DNA from: a virus
Lineage: Duplodnaviria; Caudoviricetes
Length of the DNA: 64,000 nucleotides
IMG/VR virus record: IMGVR_UViG_3300033075_000927
Location: 1-64,000 of that record
Reading direction: 5' to 3' (one strand)
Within the stretch, counting starts at the first letter, position 1. The number at the start of each line of letters is the position of its first letter. Below the pieces are notes generated by a model. That model searched no databases and had not been told where the DNA came from. It was given only the letters and a program-made list of their open reading frames with translations. The position numbers and the translations under genes were made by a program. Positions 56,645 through 64,000 of this stretch are shown in pieces.

Positions 56645-56659
56645 TTTTGGGCTCCTAGG

Positions 56660-58057
56660 TTAACGGTTTTGGGCTTGCAGCAGGACTGCGAATAGTGGTG
56701 ACTGCTGCTTGGTAGCTACTGGCTGTGTAACTGGCACAGTAGCCGCAGGCGTTGAAGCAGTCTTGAACTTGGACTTGAACTTGGCGCTCAGGTCTGCGTG
56801 GGCTTCCAGAACCTGCGCGATGGTCATGGCCTGCACGGCTTCAGCTGTCACGCCGAAGTGCAAGCCCATCGTGCGGACGGAGGCGCGGGCAATGTCAATG
56901 GAGCCGGCTGCCTGGGCCTCGGCGGTGGCCTGGGCTTCTTTGGCGGTGGCCAGCTCAGCTTGAGCGGCAGTCATGGCCTGGGCGGATGCAGCGGCTGCCG
57001 TCTCCGCATCTGCTTTCGCAGTGGCGAGGTCGGCTTTCAGCTGTTCAACCTCAGCCTGCAGCACAGAGACTTGGGGGTCAACCTGGGCCGTGGGCGGCGC
57101 AAGGTCTACCCCAGCTTCTGCAGCTGCCAGAGCTTCTGGGGAGAGTTCTGTAGGCATTTGGGATGTGGATGTGGTTTCGATAGCTGCATTATGGCCAGCC
57201 ATCGTGCTTTGTCGAGTGCCGGGCGCAGCTTGACTTCGCAGATTCCGCTTATTGGATGCCTCACCCAACTTCACAGCTTCAGCCAAGGCTTCCTCGAATG
57301 TGCCAAGCTTGTCAACCAGTCCTGCGTCCACAGCCTGCTGGCCAATGAACACCCGGCCTTGGCCAAATTTCTCGTCAGCAACTTCAGCATTCAGGCCCCG
57401 CTGCTCGGCCACATGACCGAGGAACAAGCTGTAGAAGGCCTGAGCTTGATCTTCCATCTCGGCTTTGGCCTCGTCGGAGAGCTTCTCGTAGGGGTTGGAC
57501 AAGGCCTTCTTGTCTCCGGCCCGAACGACCGTAACTTTCAGGCCTTCTTTTGCCAGCTGCTCTGTGCGGTCTACGTGCATCACCAGGATGCCAAGGCTGC
57601 CGACCGTTGCTGACTCGGACGCGAAGACCTTCTTGCCAGAAGAGCCGGACCACAGGGCGGCGGAGGCCATCGTGCCGCCCGTGTAGGTGATCATGGGCTT
57701 CATCTTGCCGGCCTTGGCCAGGAACTTGGACAGGTCATGCACGCCTGCCACCTGCCCGCCGCCTGAATCCACGTCCAGCAGAATGCTGGAAATGCTCTCA
57801 TCGGCCAAGGCCTGGCTCACCGCAGCTTTCACGTCGCCGTAGCCGGTGTACCCGAAGTAGCCCATGAAGCCAGCGTAGCCGTTGATCAAAGAGCCCTTGA
57901 TACCCACCACAGCGACGTTGCCGTACTTGGCAAAGCGCAAAGGCTCTGGCGGCCTTGCATCCGGTGTCATGGACAAAGCTCTGGCAGCGCTGATGTCTGC
58001 CATCAGGCGCTGGCCAGAGCCTTCGTCGCCGCAGTAAAGTGTGAGTTCGTGATTCAT
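56660..58057 (-). CDS. S49-family prohead protease with C-terminal scaffold
   Basis: LDVDSGGG, MASAALW and VGSLGI motifs; Ala-rich coiled C-terminus. Confidence 0.88.
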   Translation of the reverse strand: MNHELTLYCGDEGSGQRLMADISAARALSMTPDARPPEPLRFAKYGNVAVVGIKGSLINGYAGFMGYFGYTGYGDVKAAVSQALADESISSILLDVDSGGGQVAGVHDLSKFLAKAGKMKPMITYTGGTMASAALWSGSSGKKVFASESATVGSLGILVMHVDRTEQLAKEGLKVTVVRAGDKKALSNPYEKLSDEAKAEMEDQAQAFYSLFLGHVAEQRGLNAEVADEKFGQGRVFIGQQAVDAGLVDKLGTFEEALAEAVKLGEASNKRNLRSQAAPGTRQSTMAGHNAAIETTSTSQMPTELSPEALAAAEAGVDLAPPTAQVDPQVSVLQAEVEQLKADLATAKADAETAAAASAQAMTAAQAELATAKEAQATAEAQAAGSIDIARASVRTMGLHFGVTAEAVQAMTIAQVLEAHADLSAKFKSKFKTASTPAATVPVTQPVATKQQSPLFAVLLQAQNR

Positions 58058-58094
58058 GCGCAGATTATGTCTTTGGCGCATGAACCAGCCGTGT

Positions 58095-58292
58095 TCAATC
58101 TTGCGAAAGTGCCTCTTCTGGCTTGTCGGGCCAGGCTCCGATTGGGCATTTCGTGGCAGCCATCGAGATCTTGGAAGCCAGGATGCAGGAGCAGGCCCGG
58201 CAGATCACGAACCCAAGGTCTGCCTTGTTCGGGCACTTGTCGCAGGCCGCCCACCGGGCCTGCTGGATTGGGGCTGAGGCGAAGAGGCTCAA
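58095..58292 (-). CDS. small Cys-rich protein (DUF6171-like)
   Basis: R..ACDKC..CRACSC..K..CP..W; TTG start overlapping the upstream stop. Confidence 0.6.
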   Translation of the reverse strand: MSLFASAPIQQARWAACDKCPNKADLGFVICRACSCILASKISMAATKCPIGAWPDKPEEALSQD

Positions 58293-59557
58293 ATCACTTC
58301 GCCCCACTCGATCACCGCGCTGACCACAGCCGACGTGGCCGTGCAGGTCACGACGATGTACTCGCCGCGCACAACTGGGAAGGTGATCAGGCCTGGGGCC
58401 GGATTCTCGAAGCTGCGGGGGTTCAGGGCCTGCACCGGCACGGCCACCACGTTCTTCATCAGGGCCACGTTCACGGAGGTGGAGCGTACCGCCCCGGCCA
58501 CTGTGTCAGGTGAGTTCGTCTCGATATAGCTGCCATTGCCGATCCCGACAAACGTGCCACCAGTGATGGCGGCTGGGTTGTTTCCTGTCCAGACCTTGAA
58601 TGTGGCTGCCGTAGTGCTGGAGAAGTAGAGCCGAGCAAGTTGTACCGCCCTCGTGTTCGTCTTGCCATTGATCAGCAGCGGGCTGCGCACGACAATGACG
58701 TGCAGGTTGGTGCCGTTGATCGACACGGCCTCCGCGTAGGCTGAGTCATACTGGTAGACCACCTTGGTTCCATTCTCGCTGGTCACATCGGCGCAGGCGA
58801 CGTTCATCACCACGTCCTGGGTCGTGCGAGTCGCCTTGAACGCGACAGGCAGAGCCGGATCTTCAAGGCTTGCAGACGTGAGCTTGCCCAGGTTGTCGAA
58901 GGTGTGGACGCGCTTTTGCACCCCGGTAGACGGGTCACCGATGAAGAAGTGGTAATTGCCAGCTGAGCGCCACTGAAACTGGATGTCGTAGATGTTGTTT
59001 TTCTCGACATCGAAGCCTGTCAGCACAGATGTGTCGATCAGCCCCTCGCGCACCTCTACCCCAGCGCGGCGCAGCACAGCATAAAGCTTTCCGTCCGACT
59101 TCAGGCGGAAGAACACGCCATTCTCGTTGGTGAACAAGCCGAAGTCGCGCACGCCTGCATTGGTCTTCGCCGGCAGCCACATGGCCGTGCTGAACAGGTG
59201 GCCACGGTTGGGCTGGTAGCGCGGACACTCGCGGGATTCAAGCCTGACGACCGGCTGCGCCGCATTGGCCGTGATCTGAGCCACACCTCCGACAGAGGCG
59301 ATGTTGGTTGAGGTGGCCACGTTCGTGGTGTTGTGCCACATCATCCAGACGGTGGGCGGGATGTCGAAGGTGAACAATCCGTGCAGCAAGCTGTGAGGCA
59401 GGCTGACCTTCTGGGCGCCCCAAGCGTCGATGGTCAGGTCGCCCTTGCCGGTGGCTCCGCCGCCTCCGATGGCCACGCGCTTGGCATGCGTGCCGTCTCC
59501 CATGTCAACGAAGGTTTCTTTGGTGCCGTAGCCCGAGGGCCTGATGATGTCTGACAT
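58289..59557 (-). CDS. beta-rich putative virion protein (422 aa)
   Basis: ORF between the portal and protease genes; lectin-like composition. Confidence 0.55.
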   Translation of the reverse strand: MSDIIRPSGYGTKETFVDMGDGTHAKRVAIGGGGATGKGDLTIDAWGAQKVSLPHSLLHGLFTFDIPPTVWMMWHNTTNVATSTNIASVGGVAQITANAAQPVVRLESRECPRYQPNRGHLFSTAMWLPAKTNAGVRDFGLFTNENGVFFRLKSDGKLYAVLRRAGVEVREGLIDTSVLTGFDVEKNNIYDIQFQWRSAGNYHFFIGDPSTGVQKRVHTFDNLGKLTSASLEDPALPVAFKATRTTQDVVMNVACADVTSENGTKVVYQYDSAYAEAVSINGTNLHVIVVRSPLLINGKTNTRAVQLARLYFSSTTAATFKVWTGNNPAAITGGTFVGIGNGSYIETNSPDTVAGAVRSTSVNVALMKNVVAVPVQALNPRSFENPAPGLITFPVVRGEYIVVTCTATSAVVSAVIEWGEVI

Positions 59558-59613
59558 GTGCGTCTTTCAGAAATGTTTCTGGGATTTTGCTGTTGGCTGG
59601 CGGGCTGTCAAGT

Positions 59614-61116
59614 TCATTTTTGCGTTTTGGGCTGCGCTGGCGTGCCAGGTTTCAGGTTCTTGTCCGGTGCGCCCATGCCCGATGTCTGCGATGCAGCGGT
59701 TCCTGGTTGTTCTTGGGTGGTCGCGCTGGCGCTGGCGCTGTAGAAGCCGGTTCCGCTCAGGGGCTTGAAGCCTGCTGGGGTCAGGTGGCCGGTGAGGGCC
59801 AGGGCAGCTTCGTCGTCGGTGACAAATCCGAGGCTCAGCAGTTGCAAGGTGTTGGAGGTCTCCATGCTCCTGTAAGCGGCCAGCTCGGAGCTGGGGCGCA
59901 AGTCGATGTCTGCGTATCGGAATTCGACATAACCATCGACCCCCATCACGCGGATAGCCACGGTCAGCGCCCGACTGTACAGCTCGTTGAGTTTGCGCCT
60001 CAGCACGTCTGCCGTCTTTATGTAGAGCAAGGATTCGGTGGATGAGGTGTTGGAAGTGCCACCGTGACCAAGCACTACTGGCAAGGTCTTCGCGCCTGCG
60101 GCCAGTTTGCCATTCAGCACCTTCTGGATGCGCTCGATGATTGTAGAGGGGTCATGTCCTCCTTGGACGTAGCTCCACTCAACACTATCAAATGCTACGA
60201 GCGCGTCTTCTGGATTCAGTCCGTTCACCACCCCCTCAATAGCTTGTAGGACTGAGGACAGGTACTCGGAGAACTTGGTGGGGTCGTTCGCAATTTCTGG
60301 TGGGCAGTTCTTTCTGACCATTTCAGTATCGACTGTGCCTGTGAAGCGCGGATGAACAGCGCGTTTTAGCACTCGTCTTACATCATCGGTGAATTCTGTG
60401 TCAGCCAGGGCTGGTTGAGATGCCGCTTGGATAATGCCTGAGCTGTATGGTTCGGTTAAGAGCTGATCGACGGAAACGTAGATGAACGTCGGGATGTCCA
60501 AGTCGATTTCTTCTGAGCCGAGCTTCTGCTTCCACTTAATGGCATTGTCCTCGTCATAAGCTTCCAGCTTCGTGACTGAGATTGGGTTCATGGAGGCAGG
60601 GATTCGGGCCTTGTCAAGGGCTACTTCTACTGCCGCAGCGCCATAGTAAATCAGCTCTTTTCCAAGTTGCTCTGACAGGCTCTGGATAGTTTGCTGCGCA
60701 CCGTATGAGCCATCCACGTTGCCTAAGAATGTCAAGCGCCGCAGCAGCTCCTGTGCCAGCTCGGTAGCCTTCCTGTCAACCGCCCCATCTAGGTTGTAGC
60801 CTATAGTAGTGAATTTTTCTGGAATGCCTGTGCGCAGGAGCATTGATACCGCAGCTGCGAGGTCTGGACTCGTCTCTGCCAGTTCTCTAGTTACGGCATA
60901 TTGGTTGGCGCCAGTTCTTGCATTGAGCCTTGACGTGTTGGCAAGGTCTCGGGTGGGGCGGCGGATAGCCGACGCCTGTGGTTCGGCCTGTGTCCTGTGA
61001 CTTGGCACCGCCTGAGGTGCGTTTGGTGCCTTGGGGAGGGGCGGCGCGGGGAGGGTCGCAGCCTGCGGCCCGGTGTCTGGCTTTTCGCCACGGTGGAAGA
61101 AGTCGAAGAATTTCAT
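59614..61116 (-). CDS. portal protein
   Basis: About 500 aa following the terminase; ELIYYGAAAVE segment; low-complexity C-terminal tail. Confidence 0.8.
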   Translation of the reverse strand: MKFFDFFHRGEKPDTGPQAATLPAPPLPKAPNAPQAVPSHRTQAEPQASAIRRPTRDLANTSRLNARTGANQYAVTRELAETSPDLAAAVSMLLRTGIPEKFTTIGYNLDGAVDRKATELAQELLRRLTFLGNVDGSYGAQQTIQSLSEQLGKELIYYGAAAVEVALDKARIPASMNPISVTKLEAYDEDNAIKWKQKLGSEEIDLDIPTFIYVSVDQLLTEPYSSGIIQAASQPALADTEFTDDVRRVLKRAVHPRFTGTVDTEMVRKNCPPEIANDPTKFSEYLSSVLQAIEGVVNGLNPEDALVAFDSVEWSYVQGGHDPSTIIERIQKVLNGKLAAGAKTLPVVLGHGGTSNTSSTESLLYIKTADVLRRKLNELYSRALTVAIRVMGVDGYVEFRYADIDLRPSSELAAYRSMETSNTLQLLSLGFVTDDEAALALTGHLTPAGFKPLSGTGFYSASASATTQEQPGTAASQTSGMGAPDKNLKPGTPAQPKTQK

Positions 61117-61144
61117 GGGTAGGCCTTTAGGTGGGCGGGCCATG

Positions 61145-61167
61145 AAAAATGCCCGCATCGCGGGCAT
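61145..61167 (-). terminator. hairpin plus U-tract between the HNH and portal genes
   Basis: ATGCCCGC-GAT-GCGGGCAT followed by TTTT on the minus strand. Confidence 0.55.
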
Positions 61168-61171
61168 GGTA

Positions 61172-61906
61172 TCACAGGTCTCTGGGTGCGTGGGAGTAGG
61201 TAGCTCTCACTTTCTCGTCCCTCCAAGCTTTCGCCAGCCTCTCAGCTTCCTCCGGGCCATACACGTCTTCTTTATAGGTTGGTGACGTACACTTTACCCC
61301 GTCAAAGGATACGTAGCCTTCCCAGTACCAAGCGCCTCTTCGGCAGTACCTGCCCACACCACGAGTACCTGAACTGTTGTCAACCCTCAATCCGCTGTTC
61401 TGGTTGTTCTGTGACCTTGTGGCGATCCTCAGATTCTCAGGCCTGTTGTCAGCCTTGTCCTGGTTTATATGATCTAAGTCAAACCCTTTAGGGGCAGGCT
61501 CACCATAGAACATAGCCCAAACTATCTGGTGCTCTTTGTAAGTCCTGCGCTTTATCTGCAAATACCTGTAACCGTAGTTGTCCAGGTATGTCGCTTGCTC
61601 TCCCACTTTCTTGGCGTTGAAGTGCCTCTGCGTAGCTACACGAAGGCCTTTAAGTTCACGGCAAAAGTAAAAATGAGACCATAGATACTCAAAAAGTTCA
61701 ACAAACTCAGGGTCGGTGGACTTACAGGACGGCTTCAGGAAGTTTACGAAGGAGTCTGTAGACACAGGTGCAACTTCCTCCTGCAGGTACTCTGAAGCTG
61801 CGACTTCTGCACTAACTAGCGCATTGCTAATCTTGGCCGTGGTTTGACGGGCAGGTGTAGGGGCCTTGCTTTTACGCTTAGGCATAGGTAAACTGATACA
61901 TGGCAT
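61172..61906 (-). CDS. HNH endonuclease
   Basis: EHQIVWAM..LDHINQDKADNRPENLRIATRSQN; start behind GGAG. Confidence 0.88.
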   Translation of the reverse strand: MPCISLPMPKRKSKAPTPARQTTAKISNALVSAEVAASEYLQEEVAPVSTDSFVNFLKPSCKSTDPEFVELFEYLWSHFYFCRELKGLRVATQRHFNAKKVGEQATYLDNYGYRYLQIKRRTYKEHQIVWAMFYGEPAPKGFDLDHINQDKADNRPENLRIATRSQNNQNSGLRVDNSSGTRGVGRYCRRGAWYWEGYVSFDGVKCTSPTYKEDVYGPEEAERLAKAWRDEKVRATYSHAPRDL

Positions 61907-61967
61907 GGTAATCTCCGTAGCGGTCGTGGAGGTGGGGGTAAGAAATGCCATTATACAGTTACACCTG

Positions 61968-62005
61968 AAGCGTAGCTGTAATGAACTCTAATTACAGCTA
62001 CGCTT
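61968..62005. repeat. 15-bp perfect inverted repeat
   Basis: AAGCGTAGCTGTAAT-8 nt-ATTACAGCTACGCTT. Confidence 0.9.
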
Positions 62006-62030
62006 TTGATAGAAATTCCCTATCCCGTGC

Positions 62031-63698
62031 TCACGTTTTCAACCGGAAGCTCGAAACCAATGCCACGCCCGCCCCTGCCGTCCACGAACCAGCAGTCCCT
62101 CTTAGCAGGCATGCAGTCAGCAAATACATAGTACCGAAATGGTAGTGGTCCGAGCCGTCAGTCTTTTGCCAGTTCCAGACTAAGTCATCCTTAACAAAAG
62201 ACTGCACGCGCTTCAGTGACAGCAGCTGGCTGATGTACTTCCCTGATTCTGGGCTGCGTGCTATGACTGCTTTTCCGTTCTTAAACAGCTCAAGGAGCTT
62301 ATCGAGCATTGCAGTCCGGTTAATCTTCACCATCCGAAGGTTAAGTTTGCCCTCCTCGCTATCTTCAGCCTTTAGTTGCGTTGTAAATAGCTCTGTCGTC
62401 TTGCTGGTAGTAAATATCCCTGCCCAAGCGTTCGGGTCACGGTCTGTAATCTTTGATACTAGGAAGGTCTCTGGCATGATGTCAAGCACCGTGACTACCA
62501 CTCGGTACTCTCTACTCAGCTCAGACTTTCTAACCTCAAGGTTTCCAAGTGGGACCATCTCCTTGTGTACAACCAGCAGGGTTCCGTCCTGTGTCAGTCT
62601 ACCGATAGTCACTGCACAAAGCTGACCGATGTCAACTCCCATGCAATGCAGCTCGGAACTATCAAGAGGGGAAGTGGTGAACGCTCGCTCAAGGTCTGAT
62701 AGCGTCATCTGCTGAGACTCTTCCTCAGAAACCTCTCCCAGAACTTGGTTTACGAACTCAGACCGCGTGTTAAACTCTACCGATGAACTTACCAGGTACG
62801 ACGGCTTCAGCACTGTGTGCGCAGTTACAGGCCCTACATAGTAAGTAGCAGCCTCGTAGTTGTCGTTAGGGTTCTCAGCCACCCACTGCAGCCTGTCGTT
62901 TGATAGCACAGGATCTCTGTGGCACTCTGGACAATTCCAGCGTGCCTCTTTCCAGCGGACATCCTTAAGGTTCAGCCTGTCAAGTTCTTGCAGCGGTCTA
63001 TCGTATTCCGGTACTACGATGTCGTTCCAGTAATTTGGTAGGTAGGTGTGCCCGCAATGCACACAGGTGCAGAAATGCTTGTAGCGCACACTTGCCTCTG
63101 CCTCCTTTGCGATACCGTAGCCTGCTATAGTGGGCGTCGAAAATTGACGAATTAGCCTGTGAGGTGAGGCCTGAAGACGTGATCGAAATTGTTTGAGGGT
63201 ATCTGGGTCTGATCTGTCAATCTCATCTGCCACTAACAGATCGGCGGAAACAGAAAGCGCCGCTGTTTCTGACCTAGTTCCGCGAGTAAATAGAAAATTA
63301 CCATTAATTTCCTTCAATTCCGTAGAGTCCACGTTCACATTTAGCAGACGCTTCAGTTCTGGAGTGTTGTAAATAATGGGGTTTAGTTTAGTGGTAACTA
63401 ATTTTGCAGCGTCGTTTGCTGATGGCAGGGCGTAGATAACATTCATTCGCTGCGTAGCCATCACAGATAGCAGGTAGGCCATAGTGGTCGTTGTTAAACC
63501 GATTTGGGCGCACTTTACAGTGTTGACTACTCTCGACTCATTGTCCATGATAGCTCTTTGGAACTCATAACCCTTAAAACTAAACCGTTTACCCTCCAAA
63601 TAAGCGTACTTCTCCACCCAGTTACTTAAAGATGTGAGAGAATACGTGTCAGCAACGCCTTCCTGAAGCCTCTCAAGGTGGTCAAGGTAGTAGCTCAT
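62031..63698 (-). CDS. terL: terminase large subunit (lambda gpA-like ATPase plus nuclease)
   Basis: VKCAQIGLTT, LLVADEIDR, FSTPT, Zn-finger CxxC pairs, MGVDIG, and DH..F. Confidence 0.9.
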   Translation of the reverse strand: MSYYLDHLERLQEGVADTYSLTSLSNWVEKYAYLEGKRFSFKGYEFQRAIMDNESRVVNTVKCAQIGLTTTTMAYLLSVMATQRMNVIYALPSANDAAKLVTTKLNPIIYNTPELKRLLNVNVDSTELKEINGNFLFTRGTRSETAALSVSADLLVADEIDRSDPDTLKQFRSRLQASPHRLIRQFSTPTIAGYGIAKEAEASVRYKHFCTCVHCGHTYLPNYWNDIVVPEYDRPLQELDRLNLKDVRWKEARWNCPECHRDPVLSNDRLQWVAENPNDNYEAATYYVGPVTAHTVLKPSYLVSSSVEFNTRSEFVNQVLGEVSEEESQQMTLSDLERAFTTSPLDSSELHCMGVDIGQLCAVTIGRLTQDGTLLVVHKEMVPLGNLEVRKSELSREYRVVVTVLDIMPETFLVSKITDRDPNAWAGIFTTSKTTELFTTQLKAEDSEEGKLNLRMVKINRTAMLDKLLELFKNGKAVIARSPESGKYISQLLSLKRVQSFVKDDLVWNWQKTDGSDHYHFGTMYLLTACLLRGTAGSWTAGAGVALVSSFRLKT

Positions 63699-63991
63699 TC
63701 TCCGCCTCCAAGTTTCTCAAGTTCGACCTTGTAGTCTTCCAAAAACGCCGTAGAAAGCTCAGGATGCCGTTTAAGAACCTTCAACAACACACTTTCAAGT
63801 GTTCGGACCCGCTCTGCTGAGTAGATGTCTGTGCGCTGCTTAACCATAGCAGTCAGCACTGTATTAAGGGCCCCAATAATCTGCGCCTTTTGATTCAGCG
63901 GTGTTTCCGAGTCATTAACGCATGAATCAAGCAAGGTTTTGGCGATCCTGAAGGCGTGTTCAAGTTCCACCCCTATGTCAATATCCTTCAA
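63695..63991 (-). CDS. probable terminase small subunit or upstream hypothetical protein
   Basis: Helical 98-aa ORF, ATGA-coupled to TerL. Confidence 0.5.
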   Translation of the reverse strand: MKDIDIGVELEHAFRIAKTLLDSCVNDSETPLNQKAQIIGALNTVLTAMVKQRTDIYSAERVRTLESVLLKVLKRHPELSTAFLEDYKVELEKLGGGE

Positions 63992-64000
63992 CTCTACAGG

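Noticed and set aside
17083-60045. Many long antisense or alternate-frame ORFs in the track (e.g. 23667-24902, 24963-26027, 38908-39807, 55132-55971)
   Set aside because: Shadow ORFs of GC-rich genes, with no motifs or RBS and fully overlapping well-supported genes.
1-64000. Prophage or temperate lifestyle
   Set aside because: No integrase, CI-like repressor, partition genes or host flanks seen; the missing genome ends leave some doubt.

Overview
The window is most of a tailed dsDNA phage genome (siphovirus-like, no integrase or repressor seen, so probably lytic). A Betaproteobacteria-like host is inferred only from GC content and gene style. Bases 3-36 are an Illumina adapter. The plus-strand arm (about 0.05-34.8 kb) holds early and accessory genes: MoxR-type AAA ATPase, HExxH/vWA protein, GP88-like Cys protein. 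It then holds replication and nucleotide genes: SNF2 helicase, primase-helicase, ExoX-like nuclease, MazG-like and DUF5664-like pyrophosphatases, Pol I-like polymerase, ATP-dependent ligase, ThyX, resolvase, SbcD/SbcC-like pair. The minus-strand arm (about 34.8-64 kb) holds lysis, tail, head and packaging genes. Four free-standing HNH-type endonucleases are present. The most striking feature is largely missed by the supplied ORF track. By hand translation, apparently intergenic DNA in the early arm is tiled with 53 micro-ORFs of 31-60 aa in several arrays. Of these, 46 start inside the previous stop codon (4-nt ATGA/GTGA overlap), 44 begin Met-Thr and 28 begin Met-Thr-Pro, with a recurrent junction (C/A)(T/C)ATGACACC. 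One array contains two 'empty' 17-bp units encoding only MTPVYL. This looks like an expandable, cassette-like microprotein library of unknown function.
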